A DNA stretch of 64,000 nucleotides from Camelus dromedarius (Eukaryota): contig NC_087436.1 of assembly GCF_036321535.1 (NCBI RefSeq), forward strand, positions 69,008,001-69,072,000, written 5' to 3'. Position numbers and translations under genes: made by a program. Under the pieces are notes generated by a model. It saw nothing but the letters and a program-made list of their open reading frames with translations. It searched no databases and was not told where the DNA came from. Shown here in pieces: positions 38,001 to 52,539 of the stretch. Positions within the stretch are counted from its first letter, which is position 1, and each line of letters opens with the position of its first letter.

Positions 38001-40779
38001 AAAACAAAAACAAAAACAAACAAACAAACAAAAACAAAGTGTAAATAAGGGACAGAAATAGACTCACAGACAGAGAATATAGACTTGTGGTTACCAGGGG
38101 GGTGGAGTGTGGGAAGGGATAGACTGGGATTTCAAAATTGTAGAATAGACTACACTGTATAGCACAGGGAAATATACACAAAATGTTACGATAACTCACA
38201 GAGAAAAAAAATGTGACAATAAGTGTGTATATGTCCATGAATAACTGAAAAATTGTGCTGAACAGTGGACTTTGACACAACATTGTAAAATAATTATAAA
38301 TCAATAAAAAATGTTAAAAAAAAAAAAAGCTATGTTGGCCTTATAAAACAAGTTGGGAAGTAACTGTTTTATTACATATAAAATTTTAAAGTTACATGAA
38401 GTGAAAAAAATCTTAAGGAAAAAAATTCAAGTTTCTAAAACTGATATAATCACCAGTATAGGAATTGCTACCTGCCCTTCAAGAATACCACATTTTGAAC
38501 TCTGCACAAACCTGAAATAAACTTTCACTTTACCAACTAACTACGATTCAGAAATTCATTTGTTGAAACAGCTAACAGAAATATAATCTGACTCATATAG
38601 ACATTATATGACACCGTCATTTTATCTTTGTAAAACAAGACAAAGATTTAAAGCTGATGTATGTAATGTATTTATACTAGATATCAATCATCTCATATGC
38701 ATTTCTTTTTTCTTTTTTGATTTGCTTCTAATGTCAAAAATCGCAACTGTGGATTGATGTCGTTCTCCAACATTCCATGAATAAACAGTGTTGCTGCTGA
38801 AACAGTATAAGCCTTTCTTCCATCTTGGACAAAGCCTTAAATGTCAGTGCTTACACCAGTTTTCTCCTCTTGGCACCATTGCCACAAAAATCCTGTCAGT
38901 TGTAAAGGAAAAACACACGTCATGTTAAATTTTTGGTCTTATTGAATCATCATCCTTTACATGAGTACATTTTAGAATTTACGTGTGTTCTAAGAACATC
39001 CTATAAATTGCATGTCCCAGTTTCAGTTCAATTACAAAGTCTCAGTGTCTTAAGCTTGGATAAGAATTATCAAGTGCTATGTAGCAGCTGATATTATCCA
39101 CCACATGACAGCACTTCCTCTTCCTGGGTTTATATTTTCACCCAAAGCTTTACCATGATATTTGCATTCAAATATATTTATTTTCAAATTTTTCAAAATC
39201 TTTCAAATCCGCCTTAAGACTCTCTACTGACTGGCCCACCTTAATTTTATTATTTTCTGTCACGAAGTTGCACATGCCTCGTAACAACTAATACTATTTA
39301 TTGTTCTGTTTGTGCCATACTTTTTCCCCAAGAATCTTATAGGACCCTAAAGTATAGGGTTTATATCTTATACTAATTTTCCATACATTTCAGGTTTTCA
39401 ATAAGCACTTACAGTCTCATTGTCTGATTCTTACAACATGAAACAGCAAGCAAGGGCCTCTTCTTTCTTTTATTTCTACATAGTATTTAGCGCTTATTCA
39501 TACTGTTTTCTTTTGCATTTGCAATAATATTTTGGGTTAGCTTATCTGGCGAGCTAACAGTGGCCTTTTTAATGACGTTGTTCCTTGATAAGCTCACTTC
39601 TAACAGGACCTAGCTTTCAAAAATAGAAAAATGAGAAGCTCAGTTTTATCAATAGCCCATCAAGATCCAGCTCTAAGGAATTATTTCATATTTATTAGAC
39701 TCATGGCATATTTTTTGACCAAGGTGTCAGGTAGTTAACTTAGAATGGGAGCTACAGTATTTTCTATGTATAGAATGCATGAGTCTATTACTAGGAAACT
39801 ACCTTTGTATTCTCAGGGAACCTGGGTAATATACTCAATAGGTCTGTTACTCAATAAGTGACACATATGTGTTAAATCCTATTATTCTGGTACTTGAGTG
39901 CCTACTTACTTCCTATAAACCCTCTAGATTAAAAATGTCATTTCTTGTGCATTGGTAATTTTTGTTGCTAAAAATATAATTTCGTTATATATTCTGTTCC
40001 TACTAACGAAAATTTAGGGGAGATTGACATTCCTTGCCAACCCTTGTAACACAGTGAACTGAAGCCTACATTAATTAAAAGATTGTAAGAGACTAAATTG
40101 CTATTCAATGAGTTTCAGTTTTTTGTAAGATGGATTACATCCCTAGGTACAAAAGGTACTTACGAATGAAATTGTTTGCAGTGTTATAGCTAATGTTTAT
40201 ATAATTTTGATGACTCATAAAATATGAAGAATACGAAAGTGGAGATAACAGTCTACTTTTTTAACTGAAAGAAGTTGTTACTAAAAAATCATTTGCCACT
40301 CAATCTAATAATTCTGGGTAAAAAGAAATCCAGAATAAATTATTAAAAGTATGGCTTGGTCAAATCTAAAAATTGGAAACAATCATTACTTGAAGCCTAT
40401 GTTTGTTCACTTAAAATAAATGTTGTCAGATTAACTTTATATCACTTTTAGATTAGGAGCTCAAGGCAGTGTGGTAGATAGAGACTCATATATTTCTCAT
40501 ATACTCTTCATCATCTTAATAATTATTATCACTAATATGAAAAAAATAATAGTTGCTATTTATTGAAGGGATACTAGTGGCCTTATATTGTGTCTTCCAA
40601 TGTTACTAAGTAACTATTTCATATTAATTTTTTCAACAATTCTATGAGATAAATATTATCACTCTCACTTTATAAATGAAGAAATTGAACTTCAGAGAGT
40701 TTATTTGTCAAAGGTCACATAGACAGTGAGTAGTAAAATCAAGGTTAATTTTTCAAAAATATATGGGACTGGTATTTCT

Positions 40780-42950
40780 TCTAATGATGGACTAAGCAAT
40801 TCAGAACAACACTTCTGATAAGTATAGCAAGAAAGATGGCTAAAATAAATAGTTGAAAATTCTTTTGAAGAGCTCATAGAGCTAACAAGATGATGAATTC
40901 CAGGCCAAGATCTTGGTGAAGATAAACCCAAAGAAGTTAGTTAGCCTGCCATTTGGAGCTACTATTTCTGAAAGAGGACGCCAGAGCTGAGTAGGACATA
41001 TGATAGGATCAGGGCAACAGCATCAAAACTTGGAATCCAGGGCCTGCACTGGGTAAGGGTGGTTGGGAAACCCACCACACTTTGAGATGGGCCTCTGAAA
41101 GGCAACTTCCTAAGTGTACATATATACCTAATGTCTGAATTGGATATCTTTATGAAAAGAACAATGATACTTGACCCCTACATGGCATTCTACTATAGGA
41201 AGATCATAGATCCTAATGTAAAAGGTAAAATAATAAAACTTTAGAAGATCATTTAGGAAATAAGCTTCATGATCTTGAAGAGAGCACAGTTCTCACTTTT
41301 TACAAAAAGTATTAAAAAGTATTAACCGTAAAAGAAAAGATTGATAGATTGGACTACATTTGGAACTCCTGTTTATCAAAAGACACACTAAGAAAGTTAA
41401 AGGCAAGCTGCAGACTGGAATAGATATTGCAAAAAATTTACCTGACAAAAGACTTTTATCAAGAATAGATAAAGCACAGCTCTAAGTTAGTCAGAAAAAG
41501 ACAGACATCTTAATAGAACGCAAAACTTGAATATGCAATTCTGAAAAGTATATAGATATTTATAATCATATGAAAAGATATTCAACCTCATTAGTCATTA
41601 GGGAAATTGGAATTAAAATCACTACATATTGACCATTTTGGCTTAAACTAAAAAAAGTAATAATGACAAGGGTTGGGGAAGAGGAACTAATAAATCACTG
41701 CTGGCAGGTGTGTGAATTGGTCAGCCACTTGGGGAAACTGTTAGAGCAGGCAGATAGCAGGTATGAGCAGAGAAAGGGGGACACAGACCAAATGGCAGGA
41801 ATTGGGCAGAAAGGAGGGGCACAGGCCAAATGAAGGAAACCACACATCCTGTGAGCAGCAGGGATCCCTGGGCAGAGAAAGAAAAGCTGGAATCTTTGAG
41901 CTGATAAGGGGCCACATCTTTTGGCCTGGAGACCAACAAAGAAAGGTCAGAAAAGGCAGGAATTTCCAATGTCCGAATGTAACCTTTTACTCATTATGCC
42001 CTCATTTCAATAAAATTAGCCTTGCAGATCAGAAGTACCCATCATGCACCGACACCATGACAATTCCGATCCAGACTAAATAAGGACAAAAATCCCTCCT
42101 CCCTTTGGGAAGGTGTAGTCAGGGAATACGACCCCAAACCCTTCCCTCCCCAATGAATATTCCGCCCATTCATTTTTACACCCTATGTAACTAACTTGCC
42201 AAAGAAACTCAGGGCAGCTGCTCACCTGAGCCTGCCCACTCTCCCCTGAGAGTGTACTATCCATACTTTAATAAAGCCTCACTTTACCTTTTTAACCTCT
42301 AAGTCTTGTCTCTAAATTCTTTCTGGGACGGGACAAGAACCTGGAACACCAGTTGCACCTATCGGCGACAAAACTAGTTGACAGTTTCTACTAAAACAGA
42401 ATGTGGGCATGCATAGCAACCCAGCAATTTCACTCCTGTTCTAAACCCACCAGAAGCAGCATACATATGTGCACCAAAATGATGTGGAGGGGCACTCCCA
42501 GCTACACTATGCATGATAACCCCGAAGGGGAAGCAACTCAGATGTCCATCAGCACTAGAGTAGCTACAAACTTTGTGGTGTTTTCACATAACAAAATGTT
42601 CCACGGCACTTTAAGTAAAAGAACTTCAGATACAAGCAGAAACATAAGTGATTCTCAAACGAAAGGATTAGATTCAAAATAATATACACTAAATGATTTT
42701 ATTTCTGTAATAGTCAATGACTGTTAGATGTATAGAGTTAGAAGTTCAGGATACCATTTGTTTTTGTGGAGAAAAAGGCACATTGATTGGGGGGAATTGG
42801 GAGAGTGTGGCTTCTGGGATGCTGGCAAAGCACTATTTCTTGACTAGGTGGTAATTATATGCCTGTTCACTTTGTGACAATTTATTGATCTGTATATAGT
42901 CTTCTGTTTTCTGTGTTACAGTTAACAGCAAAATTTCTGAAAAAAAATAT
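40780..42950 (+). mobile_element. Old L1M fragments flanking the solo LTR
   Basis: Degenerate L1 ORF2 3' end and 3'UTR motifs (caacctcattagtcattagggaaatt; cccagcaatttcactcctg). Confidence 0.65.
41739..42370 (+). mobile_element. ERV1-class solo LTR (632 bp)
   Basis: TGTTAG...GCGACA termini, 4-bp TSD AAAC (41735-41738, 42371-42374), AATAAA near 42270; splits an old L1 3' region. Confidence 0.85.
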
Positions 42951-45287
42951 GTCATCTATTAAAAAGGGAAATATTTCTATATAAAAGCAAAATAAAAAGC
43001 TTGTCAACAATATGTACCCAAAACTTAATATACTGCAGAACATCTTTCAGGGTTCTGTGATGGTAGATACAAAAGATACAGTAAAGAATGTGTCTGCTGT
43101 TTAAAGAGGTTACATGTAATAAGAGAAATAATATATCTGTAACACATGTAGGTATTTTATTGTAGTCGCTAAATGACTTTCCAAGATAACTGCCATGTCT
43201 AAGAGATTCACATTTCAATATATTTTCAAATGGAGTTTTCATAAAAAAAGAAAATGAGTACTCAGTATTTATTTAACTAAACATGTAAATATTTATGTAA
43301 TAAATGTGATTTTGTTCATACAATTAAACATTTTAAATGTATCCTTAGTAGCAAATACTTTCCAAGTTACTGGGGAAAGAACGACTGAAATCAGAGATAC
43401 TACATATTTTCTTATGGTTTGCAAAATATTTTCAGCTTTCTGAAAATACTAGTATTTTATATTACTTTGCACGAGTCTTTTTAAAGTGCAGACACAAGTA
43501 GCAGTTGAGTTCTATTCTATTTTCTTTCTTTCTTTTTTTCTTTTCTTTTATTTACTTGTTTATTTTTAATATAGTTATCCTAATTGTCCTCTCAGAATTA
43601 GTCCATCTGGACCAGGTTTTCTTTCCTGACTGAAACTCTGATTTTCAAATTAGTAGCGCCATCTAGAGTCCTACCGACATATTTCTCTATGGGGAAAAAA
43701 AGCCCATCTTTTAATGTTGCACAGAGTACAATTTATTTAGTACTGTCCTCATATCTATTTTTAAACATAAATTGCTTTTTAGTGTTAATTGTATTTATCA
43801 TGTTGTACATTACATCTGTAGTACTTATTTATCTTAAAACTAGACTTACCAGCCCCCAGAACTGCCAGAAAAAAATATTCTGTTGTTTATAACCCACCCA
43901 ATCTGTGGTATGGCTGCTTTTTTGCAGGAAAAAAAATGGATATCAGCAGTATTTGTTCATTTACACCACAAGAAGTGCTAACACTAACAAAATAAGTATT
44001 CTAGTGTTGCTAAAACACCACTGCTACACTTGTTTTCTGCTAAAAGTTGTTCCTTTGAAAATGTTTTGTGAATTTCTTGGATGCCACAAAATTTAATTAT
44101 TAAATTCCCTATGTTTACAAAAAATATATTATTAATTTAATAACCCTATTATTAAGATATTATATTTGAACATGTAATAGGCCCTGCAGAGTTTCTAAGT
44201 GACTACACAGGATGGTGCAGCAGGAACAGTGGTAAATGTAAAATTTGTACAAAGAAGGTTAGAATTGGAAATTGTGCATTTGCAGAGTACTTTGTATAAA
44301 ATTGGGAAGGAAATGGGAAGATACAAACATTTTGGTGCTGTGCTCACTAGGAGTTAGTACCTTTTTTAATGTGAGCTATCTACTTCTCTGCCTCTAGAGG
44401 CTGGATTTTCCTTCCTTGAAGACATTTTACAGAGTCTGTGGTTGCTGGGATTCACCTTGTATCTTGTTCCCATTCTCTTGCACCAGGTAGCTACTTTATA
44501 ACAGGAAAAGAAAATAGGTAACATATGTGTTTTACCAAGTAGTATATGTGTTTTAATACTAAAATATGAAAATTGATATTAGAACTTTAAAAAAATTAGT
44601 GCTTCTTTAAAAAAAAATCAATCTGAAAGATAATTGATGACAGCTAGGCCTTTCAAACCGCCCCCAATATACCACATTGATTTCTGCCAAATTGGCCTTT
44701 AAGGCCAGATTTATCAAAGAGTGAATAATCAGCAAATGCTTGTTTAAAATGCAGACTCTTAAGCTCCCCTAGACCAACTATATATGAGTTTAAGAATGAG
44801 GCTCAAGACGTGCTTTTGACAAGTACCTCTGATAAATTTTATAGACAAGAACATTGCTCTGAGAGTACTCGAATGAGGTATAATAAAAATAAGCTCTAAG
44901 ATCTAAGAGTTCCTTTAAGACTTCAAAGGATTTTTGTCCTCAAAGAATGAGACCAATAGGTTTTGGCATATATTAAAATTAGTGAAGTAAATTATTAGTA
45001 CACCCTTGTACGACCAACTGCCAGAATTTTTAAAAATTCAAATAAGAGCTACAGCTTAATTAATAATGTTGTACTAATGTTAATTTCCTGTTCTTGATCA
45101 TTGTACTATGGTTATGCAAAATGTTTGCATTAGAGGAGGTGGGGTGAATTTTTTTTACAACTCTCCTATAAGTCTAAAATTAATTCAAAATGAAAGTTTT
45201 TTTGTTTAAAGCTACTAAAGTCTTTGAATAATTCCCTCGTAGACTTTATTGCAGAGATTAAAAAGTAAGGCCAGTATCTTGAACTAC

Positions 45288-45985
45288 TGTTGCTTGTGTA
45301 ATCAGAGGGTCCCGTGACCCGCTCCTGGGGTTTGATTGATTTGCTAAAGTGGATCACAGAACTCAGGAATCTACTTACTAGATTACCAGTTTATTACAAA
45401 GATACTGAAGGATTTGAATCAACAGTGAAATGAAGAGATACATAGAGAAAAGTGTGGAGAAAAGGCATGGAGCCTCCATGCTCTTCTCTGAGTGCCACTC
45501 TCCCCCAAATCTCCATGTGTTCATCATCCCTGAATCCCTCTGATCCCTGTTCTTTTGGACTTTTATGCGACCTTCATTACCTAGGAAAGATTGATTAGAT
45601 CATTAGCCATTTAAGATCAATTCAACCTCCAGTCCCTCTCCCCTCCCTGGAGGTAGGTGGGGTGTGGAGTGTCTAAAAGTTTCAACCTCTATTCATGGTT
45701 GGATCCCCTGGCAACAAACCTCCATCCTTTTTGCTTTCCAGAAGTTACCTCATTAACATAAACCCAGCTGTGGCAGAAAGGGCTTGTTTTGAATAACAGG
45801 ACAGCCATTTCACTTTGGACTCTGAAGCTATTTCATGAAGTGAGGACAGGAGACCAAATATTGTAACAAAAGATGCTCCCATTGCTCTTCTCAGTCAGAA
45901 AATTCCATGAGTTTTGGGAGTTGTGAGCCAGGAAGTGTGGACGAAGACCAAATATATATTTCTTATTATAAATCAAAATATCACA
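45288..45985 (+). mobile_element. LTR element (MER21-like)
   Basis: Characteristic gatttgctaaagtggatcacagaactcagg start and aatatcaca end. Confidence 0.65.
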
Positions 45986-47061
45986 GATTAGGTTAAAGAC
46001 AGTACATCATGAAAATATTTTCACGTTTCTTTTTTTATTTTTTAAAATATGTCTACTAGAAAATTCAAATTACATATGTAGCTTACATTTTATTTGTTAT
46101 GAATACTTCTGTTAGATAATATTCATCAGCAGATGATAATCACTTATAACATTTTGGCTTTTTTCCTTTCTATCTTTTTAGGTCTACATGTACAAAAAAT
46201 GACCATGATATAAAATGAATAGCCCAGACTTGTAAGACCAGTGCCTTTATAACAAGACTGTTATATTTGTGTTTGTGAATATGTATTGGAAGGATTTGGG
46301 GCAAGACAATGCTTAATCTAATCAACAGTAATTCTAGGGTAGGAAATGGTTGGCTCTTGTACAGGAAGAGAGGAATAATTTTTAGTCTTGGGGACTAAAA
46401 TGAGGTGTTGTGGGCCGGTAATGTAGGTGAACTGTCTCTGGTTTAGAGAAGGCAAACTTTCATTATGGAACTTTTTTTTCCCTAGCATCTTTCGTGGCAT
46501 CATAAATCTCTCAGGCACTGCTTTATATGTTCTTGGTCTCACTTCAATTCCAGATACAACTATGGTGAAGAGTTCCACACACACCTCAACCTCCTTCAGT
46601 CTGACATCACCTCACCTCAAGTGTTCCAGGACTTTTCTAAAAACTTCAGCGTGGGGTGCCTGTGGAATTCAGATGAGCGCTTACATTTGCAGAGTCTGGA
46701 AGTGCAAACAGGTAAGTCACCATACGGCAGCTCTCAATCAATGGGAGAAAATATTCCTCCTTTAATTTCTCAAGTGGATAATTCTGAGAAGTGGTCTATA
46801 GGGCTCTTCAGAAAACCCTGAGGGATGGAACACCTTCCCCCAAAGGTGCCAACTCAGTAACATATCCAGCCTAGGCTTTTCCTTCTCTGTTTTTAATTCC
46901 AATCCCCCATTCCTGGGGTTGCTTTTAGGAAACTATCTGCATGGAAGTTGTTTCAGGCTCTGTTTTCAGGGGAACCAAAGTTAAGATCATGGAGTCAACT
47001 GGAATCACAAAAGCAGGGTGGAGTCTTGACTTCAGAGGACCTCTTCCCACTCCATGTTCAT

Positions 47062-48062
47062 TGTAGGCAGCCTCTAAAATGCCCCGAGTAGTGTCAGCCT
47101 CCTGAAATGCATACCCTTGTGTAATCTCCTCTCCCAAGTGTGGACTAGACTTAATGATTCACTTTTACAAAGCTGAATGAAGTTGAGGTGATGGGATGTT
47201 GTTTCTAAGATTAGTTTAGGTCACTTCCAAGGATACAAAAAGACTGTAGCTTCTGTCTTGGGCACTGTCCTGGGCTGGATAGTGTCCCACAAACATTCAC
47301 GTCCGACTGGAACTTAGAATGTGACCTTATCTGGATAAAGAATCTTTGTGGATGTACTTAGTTAAGATGAGGTTATACTGGAGTAGGTGGGCCCTAATCC
47401 AATACCTGGTATCCTGATAAGAAGAAAGAAACACAAGAAGCAAAACCCAAACACATGGGGAGAACCTCTGTGCTGACAGAGGCAGAGAATGGAATATGAG
47501 AAAACTACAAAAACAAAAAAAAAGGGAATACCAAGGATGGCCGGCAACCCCCAGAAGGTAGGGAGAGGCAAAGAAAAACTCCTCCCTAGAGCCTTCGAAG
47601 GCAGCGTAGCCCTGAAGGAAATTTGATTTCAGACTTCCAGCCTCCAGAACTATGAGACAGAAAATTCCTGTTGTTTGAAGCTGGCAAGTTGAAGGTACTT
47701 TTTTATGGCTGCCCTAGGAAACTAATACAGAAGCTTTCTCTCATTCTGTTTCCTGCTCCCTCTGAGGAAACCAGTTGCCATATTGTTATTTGCCTGAGTA
47801 AAGGCTAATGGTGACTCTGGCTAACAGCCAGCAAGGACGCAATGGCCATGTAAGTGAGCAGATCCTCCAGTCAAGCCTTGAATTGACTACAGCCCTGGCG
47901 ATGCCCTGATTAAAGCTTTATGAAAGGTCCTGAGCCAGAGACACCCAACAAAGCTGCACCCAGGCTTGTGACCCACAGAAACGACTAGATATTAGATGTT
48001 TGTCGTTGTACGTTGCTAAGTTTTGGGGTGACTTGTTTCTCAAGCAATAGAAAACAAATGTA
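47062..48062 (+). mobile_element. Nested MaLR LTRs: an MLT1B/C-like copy (about 47265-47730) inside an MLT1E/F-like copy
   Basis: Outer start tgtaggcagcctctaaaatg; inner tgtcctgggctggatagtgtccc...gccctaggaaactaataca; outer end gcaatagaaaacaaatgta. Confidence 0.7.
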
Positions 48063-48459
48063 ATGCTCTGCCATGAAAGACAAGAAGGACTCTTGGTGGC
48101 CTGATGTAAAAGAAGAGGACATGTTTCTCTCCAGTCTCAGTGGGGAGACTAATGCTACAACTCCACCTGACAACAAAGCCATTCTCATACCTGGGGCAGG
48201 TGAGGAACACATGTGACTGTGGGTTCACACACTTAAAACAAATGGCCCAAAGCCAAAACGTATTTGTGTAATGTCTACTAACAGAGTTACTGTTTAACCA
48301 AGTTTTCTGGTCTCAGGAATATTAAGAAAACTAATCAATTAGAATAGTACTTGAATAATGATAAACAGTGTAATTTTAAGACAAAGAGAAACAATGCATT
48401 CATCCTAGCTGAGCATTCTGAGCCCCACTTCTTCTAGATTGCTTCTCAGAGTATCTCAG

Positions 48460-51400
48460 GGTTTGAAGGCACTGTTTTATTCATTTAATAAATAATAATT
48501 GAATAATTGCCATGTGTCACACACTGAAATACAACAAACAAGAGAGGAGAATTTCTTACCTCACAGAATTTATATTTTAGTGTAGAATATAGGCAATAAA
48601 TATTTGTGTGTGTGTATGTGTGTAGTATAGGGTCAGGCAGGAATAATTGCTATAAAGAATGTAAAGTAGGGTAAAAAAATGAGTAACAGAGGCTACTGTG
48701 AGAGATAAGATCATCAAAGTAGGCCTCTCTGAGAGACTGATATTTGAGCAGAGACTTGAATGAAATGATAAGGGGGACAAATCACATGACTATCTAGGGA
48801 AATACCTTTCTAGGTGGAAAAAGCAGTAAAAGCAAAAATGCGGAGGCACGAGAATTAATGAGATGCTTGAGGGACAGCAAAGTACCCAAAGAAGTTGGAG
48901 AGTTAGAGAAAGAGCAGAAATATAAGAAGTTACAGAGGTAATGGCCTAAGGAAAAATAGTTTTCATTGAACCTTATAGGATGTGATGAGAACTCTGAATT
49001 TTATTTGAGTTTGGTGGAAAGCCATTGTAAGGTTTTAAAACAGAAAAGAATGTGATCAAAGTTGTATTTCAAAAGACTACCAGCGGCTGCAAGAAACTAG
49101 TTCCTTGTGAAGCAAGAAACTATCTGTCAAGGCTGAGTGGGAGGAGGCAGGGAGTTAAGAGGTTGTTGTGTTGCCCAGGTGAGAAAAATGGCTATTTGGA
49201 CTGCAGAGATAGTAACAGTGTTGACATTGGGTATAGTTTGATGGTCCAGCTGGCGGGATCTGTTGATGGATTGGTTGTGGCAGGTGGTTTGGGGCCTGAG
49301 TAATAGGTTTGTGGTGGTGCCGCTAAGTAAGAAGGTAACTCGCAGAGAAAAATAGGGAGTGGAAGTCAGAAAGCAAGACTTCCCTTTTAGGCATGCGCCA
49401 TTGAAAAGGGCTTTTAGATGTCTTTTAGATGAAAAGGGAGCTGTTAAATGGGTCATTGTTTATATGAAACTAGAGTTCTTTGAAGAGCTTTCAGCTGGAA
49501 ATGTAAATTTCGGAGGCTGAGGAAACTGGAGACCAACTCTTGTCACTAGATGCACTGACAGGTTGACTGTTCTAGTTGAAGGAGACAAGCAGCAGACCAA
49601 GTGAGGTGGCTTGACAACCATGAACAGGAGGTTGAATTGCAGACGGCAGAAGCTCACAAGGAATGAAAAGACTTTAGGAAGCTATTATGCTGTGATAAAT
49701 GCTTTCATGTTTCTTTTCCCAGAATGAACTCTATTTCATGGTAATGAGAATAATTGAAAATGATTGCTGAACTACTGAAGCTAATATCTCTGGAATTATG
49801 GATTTTCAGACAATGGGAGAAGTGGCAAATGACATTCTTTTCAAAAGAGCAGAAAATTAATTTACAAACAATAGACAAGTGAGCTTCAGTTCAGGCAAAA
49901 TTCTAGAGAATATTAATATATTAGAAAAGCTTTAGATGTGGGATGGGAGAGAAAGAGAGGAATCAAGAGGATGTCAAAGTTTGGAGACCGAAAAAACTGG
50001 AAGAATGACATTGATGGAGATGGGGAAGACAGTGGGTATGAGATGTTTGAAGAAAGGACATGCTGTGTTTAAACTGGTATTAGACATCTGACTGGAGATA
50101 ACCAATAGGCAATTGGACATATGAGTTTGGTTTTGGGGAGAGAGGTCTGGGGTAAAGATAAAAATCTGGAGAAGTCATCATGTAGATGGCATTAAAGACC
50201 ATGAGACTGAATGGGATCTTGACCAAGGAAGCGTAACAAGGTGTTAACTCTGAAGTAACCCAGCACTAAGGGGTCAAGGACAAGGGTAGCTACCAGAAAA
50301 TGAGACTAGCCTGTGAGTGGAGGCTGAGAGTAGTAGGAGATCAGGAGTTCGTGGTACCCTGGAATACAAAGAAGGTTTATGAAGGAGGGGTTGGGGGGGG
50401 GAATCAACTGTGTCAAATGCTCTTGATAAGACGTAGAAGATGAGAATCCACCATTAGATTTACCAACATAGAGATTACAAATGTTCTTGCAAAGAGTAGT
50501 GTTAGTGAAATTATGAGGCATTTGATAATGTGTTTAATGGATATTGGAACGAGAGGTATGGGAGATGGTGAATATAGACTTATTTTTTTCAGTACACTTT
50601 CCCTTAAAGTCTTGGAACAGTCACTGGTGGGGAACATAGGATCAAGATAATTTTTGATGTTTGCTTGTTTGTTTGCTTTAAGATGGAGGAAATAACAAAA
50701 AGAAAAGGGAGGGAGGGGAGAGTTGCTGGAGCAAATTCTTTAAGTGAGAGGAAGAGATCTAGTGTGTAGGGGAGCAAAATTTGCCACCTCAAAATATGTC
50801 TCTTTGGCATAAGGATTAATTGTGACTGATATTTTTTTAAGAAACAGAAGATTCAGGAAGTCTTTTCTGTTTATCTCCTTCTCTTCCTGCCTAAGGAATT
50901 TAAATAAAGGGGCTGTTGCTGAAAGGGTTATCACCAGAGATACCTGCAAAGAATATGAACTAGGTGTTGTGAGGAAAACTCAGCAGGGCCTGGAGATCAG
51001 AGTCCACTCTGTGTCTGATTTGTCCCTTGTGACCTAAGTAAACATTTATTTACCAAACATTTGCTTTTCCACTTCCTCGTGAATTGCCTTCCCCTCCTTT
51101 GAAGTCCCAGACCACTACCCTCAACATCCTCTTTTGTCTTTAGCTGAAGATGATATCTAAGATGACGGCTTCTACCATCTTGGCCAGTTTCTCAGTTTTC
51201 CTGGGTATCTCCCATGCTTACATGTTATTAAACTTTATTTGATTTTCTCCTGTTAATCTGCCTCATGTCAATTTAATTCTTAGGCCAGCCAGAAGAACCT
51301 AGAAGGGTAAAGGAAAAATTCTTCCTCCCGGACAAGTTGGAGGATCGGCTTTCAATCAGAGCACCTGGGACAACAGGTAGGCCGGCTGAGTGTGCGGGTG

Positions 51401-51840
51401 AAGCTGCTGCTAAGTAAGTAGAAGAGGTGGAGGGTTTCCACAGAATGCTTCAATCTTCAGTGAAGGAGGGAGGAAGCAATATCATCAGTGGAGAATGGGG
51501 ATGGATAAAGAGGTGCTAGGGGAATTGAGGAGAGGAGAAGATATGAAATAGACAGCTGGAGAAGGGCAGAGTGAACAGAGACACATAGTATGTTGTGGGG
51601 AAACATTAAAAGTGTATTGGAGGTTTGTGATCATGAATTTGACATTGGACCAGTCAACATGGTTGTGTATGACTGCATGGTATAGGAAGAGCAGATGGAG
51701 ATTTGGACTTTATTAGGGTTGTTGTAAAAAGCAAATGTCACATAGTAGTGAAGCAAGAGAGAAGCCCAAGAGTCAAGCATATGTGCAAGGCAGTGATTAT
51801 AGTGATTGACTGTGGTATTTATTTAAGCTGGATACAGCTA
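48460..51840. mobile_element. L2 fragments (host of the solo LTR at 50765)
   Basis: L2 motifs (gaatcaactgtgtcaaatgct; gagagaggaatcaagaggatgtcaaagttt). Confidence 0.55.
50765..51334 (+). mobile_element. ERV1 solo LTR (MER34/MER39-like), 570 bp
   Basis: TGTAGGGGAGCAAAATTTGCCACC...CCCGGACA termini; near-TSD agtg/agtt; inserted in an L2. Confidence 0.75.
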
Positions 51841-52539
51841 TGCCCAAGAGGTACTGATTAATGGGTCATTGTCAACTAAGGGAGATATTCCAACTGTGTT
51901 TAACAGGCCTCTCTCTGTATTTCACTCCCCAATATGATAAAAATTATATTAGGACAAGCAAATTATAGTGTCATGGTTACACAAATTAAGAGCAACAGGT
52001 ATTTATTGAGTATATCTCTATACTGAAATCCATTTCACAACTACAGTATAGAAGCTGATACAGATACCATTAAGTATTATGTATCAGGAAATTTATTTAG
52101 GCACAAGAATAGAATGATCATCTAAATCATACCTTTAGACTATGTTTGATAGGATATCATGTGGGAAAGTGGAAAACAAGATTTTACATCAACCTGCATG
52201 AGATACTTGGAGGTAAAGTCCAGAATTATAGAAATTAAGACATAATACATTCATGAAAACATTATGCAATATTGTTCATTCTTTTCTACCCAAACTAACG
52301 TCTTCTTTTTCATTTTACATACAGTGCCATGTTTGCTTGTTTTTATTACTATCTTCCCTCTTAATTTAATAAATCTTTATTGAGCATGTGCCATAAATAT
52401 ACTTTCTTATAAACTGTGAAGTTTATAAAAATGAGTTAGTCATGGTCCCTACCCCCACAGAGTTTACAGTGTAGTGTTGAAATCAGATCTATTCACACAT
52501 GTCTTAAAATATGGGGAGAGAGTAGAGGTACAGAGAGAT

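Larger units (their letters stand above)
31209..38325 (+). mobile_element. Full-length LINE-1 (about 7.1 kb), young but disabled
   Basis: CpG-rich 5'UTR (about 1.7 kb), ORF1, about 400-bp spacer, ORF2, AATAAA and A-tail. Identical TSD AAAGCTATGTTGG at 31196-31208 and 38326-38338. Confidence 0.97.

Noticed and set aside
32999..38304. Minus-strand ORFs of 100-200 aa with hydrophobic, TM-like translations
   Set aside because: Antisense shadows of the A-rich L1 ORF1/ORF2.
42952..43242. Fleeting resemblance of this 96-aa ORF to kinase, ceramidase or glycosyltransferase motifs
   Set aside because: The matches are short and mutually inconsistent; no family can be assigned without a profile search.
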